64,000 nucleotides of DNA, taken from positions 669-64,668 of the forward strand of contig CAKTEH010000008.1 in assembly GCA_934546935.1 (NCBI GenBank), in the 5' to 3' direction. The stretch is from an uncultured Eubacteriales bacterium. GTDB lineage: Bacteria; Bacillota; Clostridia; Oscillospirales; QAMX01. Position 1 is the stretch's first letter, and each line of letters opens with the position of its first letter. Positions 39,252 to 48,179 of this stretch are shown piece after piece. The notes under the pieces are model-generated. The model was not told the origin of the DNA, did no database searches, and saw nothing but the letters and a program-made list of their open reading frames with translations. A program made the translations under genes and the position numbers.

Positions 39252-41837
39252 TTATTTTGCATTGATTTTTTCAATGATCTGTGCGATTTGGATATTGGAC
39301 TGTTCGATCTCCTCGTGGAATGCGCGCGCAGAAAGCCGCTGGGCGCCATGGCCGAGGATGATCAGTTGTTCCAGCCCGTCTGATGTTGCCACACGCACGC
39401 GGCGCTGCCGCCCGATTTCATACGTAGCCTTTTCTATATACATATCGGCGGTTTCCGCTTCTTTTGTATAGACAACATAGATGTTATGATACCGTTCGAC
39501 TTCGTTTATACTGCGCTGGACCTTATATGCATCGAAAACGAGGATAACTACACAGTTTTTAAAGCCCTGGTAATTGCTTAAAATATCCATCAGCGTATGC
39601 CGTGCGGCTTCGAGGTTCTGTGCCGCCAGCTTTTTCAGCTCATCCCAGGCAAACAGAATATTATAACCGTCGACCAACAGATAGTCCTGCCCCAGATCCA
39701 CTAACCGGAACTTTTCTTCTGCACGTTCCCGCGTCACCGGTTTGATGTCGAAATAGCGCCCGTTTTTAATCGGCCCGTAGGTGCGCTGGAAAATTTCCTC
39801 CAGTTCCTGATCCTCACGCAGCGTGCCGCTGTAGCGCACGGAGGGCCGGGCCGGGGTTCTCTGGGACGCAGTTTTTTCCTGATCCACATCACCTAGGCGA
39901 ACTCCGGTATCGATATGCATATAATTGCGAACCTGATCCCATTTGACCACAAACCCTGCGCCGTGGGAACAGAAAACGGAATCGGGCGTATGTTCTATAT
40001 CATGCTGCGCGTCATAGCCGATGCGGCGGATGACCTGTGCTGCATTGCCGCAGGGCTCGTAACCGCGCAGCGTAAAAGACAGCTGCCCGCGTCCCTTCGT
40101 ATAGGCGTTGAGCTCGCGTGCGTAGCCGCGCATGGCGGCAACTGGCGCAGCCCCGGTGAGGACTGTCCCATCTGCGCCGGGCTGCGGCGCGTCACAACGC
40201 CCGTTCATGTTCTGGATGTCGGTCATGGCGCGCCCAAGGTTTTCCACAGGGACAAGAATGCGGAAATCATAATAGGGCTCTAAGAGTATGCTTTCCGCCT
40301 GCATCAATCCCTGCCGTACAGCACGGTAGGTCGCCTGACGGAAGTCGCCGCCTTCGGTATGTTTCAGGTGCGCACGCCCGGCAAGCAGGGTGATGCGCAT
40401 GTCGGTAATGGGCGAACCGGTCAGTACGCCGAGATGCTCGCGCTCATACAAGTGGGTTAAGATCAGCCGCTGCCAGCTGCGGGCCAGCACATCTTCGGGA
40501 CACCGGGAGGAAAACTGCAGCCCTGTACCACGCGGCGCAGGCTCCAATAGCAGATGCACTTCTGCATAGTGGCGCAGCGGCTCGAAGTGCCCTATACCCT
40601 CAACCGGCGCGCGGATGGTTTCTTTGTAAATAATGTTTCCCGTCCCAAACCGGACTTCCAGTCCGAAACGCGCAAAGATGAGATGCTGTAAGATTTCCAG
40701 CTGGATTTCACCCATGAGCTTGACATGGATTTCCCGCAGGCGCTCGTTCCATTCGATGTGCAGCTGTGGATCTTCTTCTTCCAGTTGCCGGAGGAGGCCG
40801 AGCGCGGTGTGTGCGTCAAAACCTTCCGGAAGCAGTACTTGGTAGCTCAGTACCGGCTCGAGCATTGCAGGCGCGGATGCGGGCTGTACGCCGAGACCCT
40901 GCCCCGGCCAGGTCTTGGTAAGCCCAAGAACTGCACAGATACAGCCGGGTTCCGCTTCATCGACAGAGGCAAATTTTGTTCCGGAATAAATGCGCAGCTG
41001 GTCGGCCTTTTCTTCCCAGGGCTCGCCGTGCGCGTCAGCACCGCGCAGGATGTCCTTGACGTGCAGAACCCCGCCTGTGATTTTCATGTATGTCAGGCGT
41101 TTCCCCTGTGCATCGCGTCCGATTTTGAATACAGACGCGCCGAAATTATGCGTAGCGATGGGCGGGAGGGTATAGCGGACAAAACTGTCCAGAAATTCTT
41201 CTACGCCGTCAAGCCGCAGCGCAGAACCGAAAAAACAGGGGAATATTTGTCTTCGGCGGATCAGGGCACATATGTCTGTATCGCTAAGGCCGCCATTTTC
41301 CAGATACTGCGTAAGCGACCCCTCATCGCAAACGGCGAGATTTTCCCAAAAGGATTCGTCCCGTACGGCGTTAAAATTTATGCAGCTCTCGGAAAACTCG
41401 GCCTTAAGCTGCGCAAAGATCGTTTCCCGGTCAGCGCCAGGCAGATCCATTTTATTGATAAAAAGGAAGGTGGGGATGCTGTGCTGTGCGAGCAGTTTCC
41501 AGAGCGTACGGGTGTGTGACTGGATACCGTCCGAGGCGCTGATGACGAGTACGGCGTAGTCCAAAACCTGAAGCGTGCGCTCCATTTCGCTGGAAAAATC
41601 CACATGTCCGGGCGTGTCCAACAATGTAAACTCCGTTTCCCGGCGTCGGAGGACGGCCTGTTTGGAAAAGATTGTAATGCCGCGCTCGCGTTCGAGTGCA
41701 TAGGTATCCAGGAATGCATCCCGATGATCTACCCGGCCGAGTTTGCGGATGTTGCCGCATAGATATAAAAGCCCCTCAGAGAGGGTGGTTTTTCCCGCGT
41801 CCACGTGGGCCAGTATGCCTACAGCCAGTTTTTTCAT
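39252..41837 (-). CDS. TetM/EF-G-like translational GTPase fused to a C-terminal Rae1/YacP-type NYN ribonuclease domain
   Basis: A single 861-codon ORF. G1 is AHVDAGKT, G3 is DTPGH and G4 is NKMD. Domains II-V are collinear with ribosomal-protection/EF-G proteins (...MGEIQLEILQHLIF..., ...LEPYYDFRILVP...). The last 144 aa (39255-39686), DYLLVDGYNILFAW...VILVFDAYK...YTKEAETADMYIEK...VATSDGLEQLIILGHGAQRLSA, match YacP/Rae1 as I recall it. Confidence 0.85.
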   Translation of the reverse strand: MKKLAVGILAHVDAGKTTLSEGLLYLCGNIRKLGRVDHRDAFLDTYALERERGITIFSKQAVLRRRETEFTLLDTPGHVDFSSEMERTLQVLDYAVLVISASDGIQSHTRTLWKLLAQHSIPTFLFINKMDLPGADRETIFAQLKAEFSESCINFNAVRDESFWENLAVCDEGSLTQYLENGGLSDTDICALIRRRQIFPCFFGSALRLDGVEEFLDSFVRYTLPPIATHNFGASVFKIGRDAQGKRLTYMKITGGVLHVKDILRGADAHGEPWEEKADQLRIYSGTKFASVDEAEPGCICAVLGLTKTWPGQGLGVQPASAPAMLEPVLSYQVLLPEGFDAHTALGLLRQLEEEDPQLHIEWNERLREIHVKLMGEIQLEILQHLIFARFGLEVRFGTGNIIYKETIRAPVEGIGHFEPLRHYAEVHLLLEPAPRGTGLQFSSRCPEDVLARSWQRLILTHLYEREHLGVLTGSPITDMRITLLAGRAHLKHTEGGDFRQATYRAVRQGLMQAESILLEPYYDFRILVPVENLGRAMTDIQNMNGRCDAPQPGADGTVLTGAAPVAAMRGYARELNAYTKGRGQLSFTLRGYEPCGNAAQVIRRIGYDAQHDIEHTPDSVFCSHGAGFVVKWDQVRNYMHIDTGVRLGDVDQEKTASQRTPARPSVRYSGTLREDQELEEIFQRTYGPIKNGRYFDIKPVTRERAEEKFRLVDLGQDYLLVDGYNILFAWDELKKLAAQNLEAARHTLMDILSNYQGFKNCVVILVFDAYKVQRSINEVERYHNIYVVYTKEAETADMYIEKATYEIGRQRRVRVATSDGLEQLIILGHGAQRLSARAFHEEIEQSNIQIAQIIEKINAK

Positions 41838-41972
41838 GCTCTTTATTGGTTCCTTCCCAAATCCATTTCTATTTATTCTACCACAATTTTTGTAAAAAAG
41901 AAACGGCTTGCGGCAGGGAAGCTTGACAAATTGGGCGTTTAGAGTAAAAATAAAAATACAGGAGGGAAATAT

Positions 41973-43001
41973 ATGGAAATGCTGCGCGTATATACAGATG
42001 AAAATCTTGAGTTTTTGCTGAGTATACTGACTGCTATGGATTATGATACGCTTCTACATCAGCGTTTCGGTTTTCAAATGCTGCGTACGCAGCAGGATGC
42101 ATATATTCAGGATATCCGGACGCTTTTTGCGCCTTATCTTAAAACACCGGTTTTTGACCTTTTGCGGGATATGCTGGAAGCGGGTTTCTTTTTGGGACGT
42201 CCGATAGAGCTGATGCTGAGTCTGGCAAGTCCGGGATGCTTTACCAGTATCCGTCCGTTATCGAATCTGTGTATTTTATACAGTGGAGGAATGGAATGGA
42301 TCCATATGCTGCTTTCCGGATTAGAAGAGTTGTATGTACATTCCGGATATTCACAGTTTTTTGCCCAACATGTATCCAGGTATGCGGATTTTATATCCCG
42401 GACACAGCGTTAAGTGCAGCGTTTTCACATTGCCGAACGGCTGGAACAGGAATATGGCTGGACCTTTGGCGATGGGAAGATTCTGGTTACCGGCCTTTTG
42501 TGCGGAAATTATGGAATTCGTTTTGCTGCGGATACAGGCGTTTCAGAAGTATATGCCGTCTTTGCAGATAGTGTAATCAGCGAAGATCCGGAAGAAAATG
42601 AATTTTCTGGCGGAGCATTATCGCTGAACATGCTTTTTCATGAATTCTCCCATCCGTATATTAATCCGCTGACGGAAAAATACCATACGCTTGCCGGATC
42701 GTATGCGTCTGCGTATGAGAAACTCAGGCCGTACAAGCTTCCAGGTATGCTGTCTGGTTATGGGGACTGGGAAGAATGCATAAATGAACATTTTGTACGT
42801 GCAATGGCAATCCATCTGCTGCGCGATTGCGGGTTTGGAGATTGGGCACAGCGCTATTATGAACGGAATATGCAAGAAGGTTACCGCTATTTACCGGAGA
42901 TTTTGCAGGCCTATGAAAATTATGACCCTAGCCGTAACCTTTATCCTGATTTTGCGGCGTTTTACCCTATACTTTTAACGGTTTTTTCTGGAGATGTTTA
43001 G
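41973..43001 (+). pseudogene. HExxH metallopeptidase-like protein (possibly DUF4932-type) interrupted by an in-frame TAA
   Basis: Track ORFs 41973-42413 and 42414-43001 are in the same frame, separated only by TAA at 42411-42413. The second part starts at a GTG with no SD and carries LNMLFHEFSHPYINPL (HExxH). Alternatively these are two genes or a read-through site. Confidence 0.5.
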
Positions 43002-43060
43002 CTTTTCTGTTTTACATGTGGGAATGTCAGAGGCAATATTGCTGCGGTTGGAATGTGGGA

Positions 43061-43103
43061 AAATCAAAAAGCCGGTGCTTTTGGCACCGGCTTTTTGATT
43101 TTT
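43061..43103. terminator. Bidirectional terminator
   Basis: AAATCAAAAAGCCGGTGC-TTTTG-GCACCGGCTTTTTGATTT forms an 18-bp stem between convergent genes. Confidence 0.85.
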
Positions 43104-43109
43104 ATGTAC

Positions 43110-44003
43110 TTATATAATTCTTCTCGCGCCTACATAACGGGTTGCATAATACTCGCTGGAGATATCTGTAACGCGGACAACGTCGCCGGGTGAAGTCGCA
43201 TGGATGAAATACCCATCGCCAACATAAATGCCGACGTGTCCGATCGGTTTAACATTACTGGAGAAGAAGACCAGGTCGCCGATGGCAAGGTCATCGAACG
43301 CAATATATACGCCGTTTTCATACTGATCGGTGGCAGTGCGGTTGATCGCGTAGCCAAAATAATTGTAAACATACTGTGTAAAGCCGGAGCAGTCAAAGCC
43401 ATCCGGGCTTTCGCCGCCATAGACGTATGGGACGCCGAGATAATTATAAGCGTAATCGACGATCTTTTCGGCCAGCGTTTTATTGACTTCCGGTGTGGAA
43501 GCCGTTGTACTTCCGGTAGCAACTGAAGTCAGGACCAACCCGTTTACGCTCAGGTAATCCGGATGGACATAGCCGATCAGCTCGACAAACTTGATTTTAT
43601 ACCAGCCGCCTTCAATCCCTATCACGCTGACGTTTGTGCCTTCGAGCAGGCGGCCGAGGACCTCGTTATCTGTGCTTGGGCCGGAACGCACGTTGACTGA
43701 ACTGCCGGAAATCGTCCCCATAGAGTTCTGGACGCCGACATCCCCGATATCGATATATTCAGCTGAAACATAACAGGATGCGCCGTTGTAATCAATAATA
43801 TACCAGTCGCCGATTTTTCCAGTGACTTCAACGCTTTCCCCATTATACAGTTTTCCGACCACTTCCGATTCCGTGGATGTTTCTGAACGGACCCGAAGCG
43901 CGGATGCATCGAAAACGGTCCCTTCTACCGCCAATGCTGCGCCGGATAGGCACAGTGCCAAGATCCCCAGCAGGGTAATTACTTTTGTAAATTTGCGTCT
44001 CAT
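43110..44003 (-). CDS. Secreted NlpC/P60 cell-wall hydrolase with two SH3b domains
   Basis: Signal peptide MRRKFTKVITLLGILALCLSGAALA. Two SH3b repeats are present (LRVRSETSTESEVVGKL...GDWYII; VNVRSGPSTDNEVLGRL...GGWYKI). The NlpC/P60 core is YVYGGESPDGFDCSGF...IGHVGIYVGDGYFIHA. Confidence 0.9.
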   Translation of the reverse strand: MRRKFTKVITLLGILALCLSGAALAVEGTVFDASALRVRSETSTESEVVGKLYNGESVEVTGKIGDWYIIDYNGASCYVSAEYIDIGDVGVQNSMGTISGSSVNVRSGPSTDNEVLGRLLEGTNVSVIGIEGGWYKIKFVELIGYVHPDYLSVNGLVLTSVATGSTTASTPEVNKTLAEKIVDYAYNYLGVPYVYGGESPDGFDCSGFTQYVYNYFGYAINRTATDQYENGVYIAFDDLAIGDLVFFSSNVKPIGHVGIYVGDGYFIHATSPGDVVRVTDISSEYYATRYVGARRII

Positions 44004-44033
44004 GTGTGCTCCCCCAAGTTCATTCAGGCGGGC

Positions 44034-44336
44034 TTATTTTGCCGCCAGCGCGCGCTCCAACCAGACTGTTGCAATGTCGATCGCAGGATACAGGCCGTTT
44101 TTCTCACCGGTCTTTACAATGCGCTCAAGCGGATTGAGCGATTCGTCCGTACGCATCAGCGTGACCATCACACGGTTGGCAATTTCCAGGCCGTGTTTTT
44201 TTGCCGTACCCAGGATCTGGAGCATAATGATATAATCATCCCGCATATCGCCGTAGTACAGCGTGTCTCCGGAGCGGACGAGGGGCTTCCCGCGATAGAC
44301 TAGATAATTCCTGTCGTTCTTTTTGGCTGCAGCCAT
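44034..44336 (-). CDS. Hypothetical small soluble protein (100 aa)
   Basis: Start set at ATG 44336 (MAAAKKNDRNYLVYRGKPLVRSGDTLYYGD...), with GGGAGG upstream. I recognise no family. Confidence 0.5.
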   Translation of the reverse strand: MAAAKKNDRNYLVYRGKPLVRSGDTLYYGDMRDDYIIMLQILGTAKKHGLEIANRVMVTLMRTDESLNPLERIVKTGEKNGLYPAIDIATVWLERALAAK

Positions 44337-44471
44337 ATTCAAACCTCCCCATCGGTAAAAACGCGTCACCGTTTTGTTACCGATTTGTAATAATCATAAC
44401 ATGCGATGTAATTTTTGTAAATCGTCGAAATATCTAAATTTTTGCCGGGAGTTTAGACAAAATGTACAAAC

Positions 44472-45419
44472 TTACAACATTTTAATTGCATACATGTCAC
44501 AAAAGGCGGAACAATATGCACATAAAACGCATCTGTTCGGATCGACCTGCATACGGCCATTTGCAACCGTGATGGCACCTTGGGGGCAATGCCGGGCACA
44601 GTTCCCACAGCCGACGCACCAGTCTTCCACATGGATCCGCCTGTTTTTTTCACGCAGGCGTTTTTCCTGCGTATCGGTATAAAAACCGGATTCAAAAAAA
44701 TGAAGATTTGCTTCCACTTCATCCTTCGCCTGCATACCGATGGCAATCGCGTCGGCAAAAGGCAGGGAAAGGACATAGTCAAGGCATTCGGCGCTGCGTT
44801 TGTGCAGGTTCCCGCCGCCGAAGGCCTTCATAATATAAATGCCGATGCCTGCGTCGTGCGCGCTTTGAACGGCATCTTCCATTTCCTGGCGCGTGCCGTC
44901 GACAATCCCCCATCCCGCAACGTTGATTAACGGATGGATCACATCAAGGCCGAGCTTTTCCGCCGCGCGTACGGCGGCGACATGATGGGTGGAGATGCCC
45001 ACGGCGCGGATGATGCCGCGTGCTTTGAGCTCGTATAATGCTTCAAGCGCCGGACGGTGCCCGCGCAGCGTCAGCTCACTTTCCTGCTCGTGCAGCATGA
45101 AAATGTCGATAACGTCCCGGTCGAGTGCCCGGCGCGCTTCTTCTACGGCTTCAAGCGCTGCATCGTGTTCATAGGCATAAGTTTTAGAGCACAGCACGAT
45201 ATCGTCCCGTTTTGTCCGGCGAAGTGCTTCCCGCACATAAGGGTAGACGCCGTATAGCTGTGCCATATCTACGAAATTAACGCCCTGCTCAAAAGCAAAA
45301 GCCAGAATCTCGCCCGCTTCGGCGGGAGAGAATCCGGCCTGTAAGGGTCCCATGGTAAGGGATCCAAAACATAATCTTGAGACGCGAAGACCAGTTTTGC
45401 CCAGATACCTGTATTCCAT
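44472..45419 (-). CDS. Aldo/keto reductase fused to a C-terminal 4Fe-4S ferredoxin-type domain
   Basis: MEYRYLGKTGLRVSRLCFGSLTMG...IRAVGISTH is the AKR core. C-terminal clusters are CVGCGNCARHCP and CVLCAYCSAFC. The architecture is the same as gene 7695-8729. Confidence 0.88.
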   Translation of the reverse strand: MEYRYLGKTGLRVSRLCFGSLTMGPLQAGFSPAEAGEILAFAFEQGVNFVDMAQLYGVYPYVREALRRTKRDDIVLCSKTYAYEHDAALEAVEEARRALDRDVIDIFMLHEQESELTLRGHRPALEALYELKARGIIRAVGISTHHVAAVRAAEKLGLDVIHPLINVAGWGIVDGTRQEMEDAVQSAHDAGIGIYIMKAFGGGNLHKRSAECLDYVLSLPFADAIAIGMQAKDEVEANLHFFESGFYTDTQEKRLREKNRRIHVEDWCVGCGNCARHCPQGAITVANGRMQVDPNRCVLCAYCSAFCDMYAIKML

Positions 45420-45423
45420 ATCC

Positions 45424-45669
45424 TCAGTCCTGCAAATAGCTGCGCACGAGCTCCTGCAAAAGCTCGTCCCGGTCGATTTTACAGATCAGCGTGCGTGCGT
45501 TTTTATAGTTTGTGATATAGGTGGGATCCTCAGACAGGATGTAGCCGACGATTTGGTTGATGGGATTGTAGCCCTTTTCCACGAGCGCATTGTACACCTC
45601 GGTAAGCGCCGCTTTCATGGCACGGTGGCGTTCATCGGCGATGTTGAATTTGATCGTGCTGTCAAACAT
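45424..45669 (-). CDS. ireB: IreB-family regulatory phosphoprotein (UPF0297/YrzL)
   Basis: Start set at ATG 45669, with AGGAGG upstream. [79 protein letters not shown] is the UPF0297 signature. Confidence 0.85.
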   Translation of the reverse strand: MFDSTIKFNIADERHRAMKAALTEVYNALVEKGYNPINQIVGYILSEDPTYITNYKNARTLICKIDRDELLQELVRSYLQD

Positions 45670-45898
45670 GACGGTCACCTCCTGAAAAATTCCCAGAAAT
45701 CCTTTTCCATCTATTAGTTTACAGCATTTTCCTTTTTCTGTAAAGGCTTTTGGCACAAAAACTGGAATTTGGGTTTTTTCCAGGGCATTGTGAAGTATGT
45801 GCGCGTACAAGGGACTTTATGCATGAAAGTGGAAATATCTTCCGGGTATCAAAATCCCTGCGCGGCGAAAACTAGGCTTGCGTAAAGGAGTTGATAGC

Positions 45899-46111
45899 AT
45901 GGTCATCGACCGAATCGCGCTTATTCTTGCGATTATCGGCGCGCTGAACTGGGGAAGCATCGGAATCTTTGGATTTGACATCGTCGCATATATTTGCGGC
46001 GGACAGCTTTCCACGGTATCGCGTGTAATTTTTACCCTGGTCGGCATTGCCGGGCTGTGGTGTGTTTCCCTGCTGTTCCGACAGCGCGAAGAATATAGGG
46101 AAAATCTCTAA
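45899..46111 (+). CDS. DUF378-family small membrane protein
   Basis: Start set at ATG 45899, with AAAGGAG 8 nt upstream. LILAIIGALNWGSIGIFGFDIVAYICGG is the DUF378 motif. Confidence 0.8.
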   Translation: MVIDRIALILAIIGALNWGSIGIFGFDIVAYICGGQLSTVSRVIFTLVGIAGLWCVSLLFRQREEYRENL

Positions 46112-46114
46112 CGC

Positions 46115-46148
46115 AAAAGACGCCGCAGCTTGTCTGCGGCGTCTTTTG
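46115..46148 (+). terminator. Intrinsic terminator
   Basis: AAAAGACGCCGCAG-CTTGT-CTGCGGCGTCTTTT forms a 14-bp stem. Confidence 0.8.
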
Positions 46149-46326
46149 CATCAGGATTTGTATCCCTGCGCCTTTTTCGGGATAAAAAACGCAAAAACCT
46201 GCAAATTTCTGGAAAACTTATTGAATAACGTTTCACTTTTTTCCGATCTATGGAAATTCGTGCGTATTTGGAATATAATAAAAACCATATTTCAAGGAGA
46301 AATCTTATTGTGGGGAGGACTGGAAT

Positions 46327-48150
46327 ATGGAAAATGCGCAGCAATATAAAACGGCGTTTTTATGCGCCTATACAAGAATTCCCCGCCCAGGCCGCTATCC
46401 TGCGGGGCTTGCCCACAGCCTGCATCTTGCCTGGAGTCTTGACGGACAGCAGTTTACTGCCCTGCACCAAAACTGCGGCGTTTTATATGCACGCGGAGAG
46501 ATCAGCGCTGAGGACACTATTGTGCCGAAGGGGATCCAGGCGCCCTGGCTTTTCCGCCTTCCGGGGGAAGAGTATGGCGTGGCTGCGGTGTGCGTAGGAG
46601 AGGATGACCGTGCGGATGCTCTCGACCGTGGGCGCGTACTGCTCTGGAAAACCCGGGATTTTATCCGTTTTGAAGAGGCGGGCAGCATTTTCCTGCATGT
46701 GGAAAAGGCGCTGTGTGCAATCCGGATCTACTACGAAGCGCACAAGGGGCTGTATTATGCGATTTGGAAAGAGGATGGCAAAGCGCCTTGCTCTGCCTGC
46801 GCGTCTTCGCTTTTCGCATTGGGAGAGGCTGTGCCGCTGCCTGCGGTATGGGATGAAGTTCAGGTGCCGAAGAACCTGCCGGAGGATGCGGTTGTGGGGA
46901 GCTGCCTGGAAATTGAGCCTTGCCTTATCAGCCGGATCCGCACAGCCTGGGACCGGCTGCATGCGGTTGCGGTCCGGGTCCCTGAGGAGATTACGGCCGC
47001 CGTTGCGCAAGATGTATGCGGCACGACGGCGCAGGTGCTGTATTCCGACGGCTCCAGCGCGGTGCGTGCGGTCGACTGGGATCTTTCCAAAGTGGATTTT
47101 GCGAAGCCCGGCGTCTATCCGGCACGGGGGTCTGTGCGCAGCCCGTTTACCGGATTCCCGCTTGCGGAGGGATATGCAGATCCGGTCATTTTCCCGTGGC
47201 GGGGGAAATACTATTTCCTTGCTACGAATGACAATACAGGCTGTGTCGGGCTGTTTATCCGGGAAGCGGAGAGTGTGGCTGCGCTGTTTTCTGCGGATAC
47301 AGCACAGTATTGCATCCTTGCGCCTGATGCGGAAAAAGGGTTTGTGCAGACCTTTTGGGCACCGGAGCTGCATGAAATTGGCGGAGAACTATATATTCTC
47401 TTTGCGGTCAGCGGAAAAACCTGGGGGCCACAGTGCCATATGATGCGGTTGAAAAAAGGTGCGTGCCTGACAGCCCCTGGGAGCTGGGAAACACCGCTGC
47501 GCGTATGCCGGGCCGACGGTTCGCCGCTGGCGCAGGATGGCATTACGCTGGATATGACTTGCATCAAAGCTGGAGGGAATACATATTTTGCCTGGTCGTA
47601 CCGCAGGCATATCGGTACGCCAAAGGATACTGGTTCCATGCTTTTTATTGCAAAAGCAGATGCGGCGTCGCCCTGGAGGCTCGCCGGGGAACCGACGCTT
47701 TTATCGAGGCCGCTGTTCGGGTGGGAAAACTGCGAGCATACCATTAATAATGAGGGCCCCTATGGATTCCTTCGGGATGGGACGGTCTATCTGTGCTATT
47801 CCGGCGGCGCGGCGAACAGTTATTCCTATGCCATTGGGGTGCTCACTGCCGATGCGCGGGACGACTTAGCCGATGCGTCGGTCTGGCACAAGGCTTCGGC
47901 GCCGGTAGTGACCTATGCATCCGTTGACGGGGAATATGGCCCCGGGCATAATTCGTTTTTTACTGATGAACAGGGGAATCTGATGATCGCGTATCATGCT
48001 GTCGGGGGATTTGACCGGCATGTGCGTTGCACCGGGATCCGGCGTATCCACTTTGACGTCCAGGACCGTCCGGTTTTCGATCTGCCGGCGCAGCTGGATC
48101 CAGGGCCGCAACTGCGGGAAGTAAAAACGTGCGTGAAAGTCGTAAGATAG
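46327..48150 (+). CDS. Glycoside hydrolase family 43 protein with an N-terminal accessory region and an Ig-like module
   Basis: The C-terminal five-bladed propeller shows GYADPVIFPWRGKYYFLATND (general-base Asp context), FWAPELHEIGGELYILFA and NEGPYGFLRDGTVYLCYSG. GGGGAGGA SD is present. Confidence 0.85.
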   Translation: MENAQQYKTAFLCAYTRIPRPGRYPAGLAHSLHLAWSLDGQQFTALHQNCGVLYARGEISAEDTIVPKGIQAPWLFRLPGEEYGVAAVCVGEDDRADALDRGRVLLWKTRDFIRFEEAGSIFLHVEKALCAIRIYYEAHKGLYYAIWKEDGKAPCSACASSLFALGEAVPLPAVWDEVQVPKNLPEDAVVGSCLEIEPCLISRIRTAWDRLHAVAVRVPEEITAAVAQDVCGTTAQVLYSDGSSAVRAVDWDLSKVDFAKPGVYPARGSVRSPFTGFPLAEGYADPVIFPWRGKYYFLATNDNTGCVGLFIREAESVAALFSADTAQYCILAPDAEKGFVQTFWAPELHEIGGELYILFAVSGKTWGPQCHMMRLKKGACLTAPGSWETPLRVCRADGSPLAQDGITLDMTCIKAGGNTYFAWSYRRHIGTPKDTGSMLFIAKADAASPWRLAGEPTLLSRPLFGWENCEHTINNEGPYGFLRDGTVYLCYSGGAANSYSYAIGVLTADARDDLADASVWHKASAPVVTYASVDGEYGPGHNSFFTDEQGNLMIAYHAVGGFDRHVRCTGIRRIHFDVQDRPVFDLPAQLDPGPQLREVKTCVKVVR

Positions 48151-48179
48151 AGAAATAGAGAAAAAAGGAGCGGCAGAAT

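Noticed and set aside
39252-41837. Calling the GTPase gene a tetracycline-resistance determinant (tet(M)/tet(O)-like).
   Set aside because: Similarity to ribosomal-protection proteins is at the family level only. The NYN fusion, the absence of any mobile-element context and the lack of a tet leader argue against a resistance call without a database identity or phenotype.
46222-46235. cre-like (CcpA) palindrome TGAATAACGTTTCA upstream of the GH43 genes.
   Set aside because: The half-sites are offset by one base relative to the TGWAANCGNTNWCA consensus, with several mismatches once the central CG is aligned. It is not convincing without a scoring matrix.
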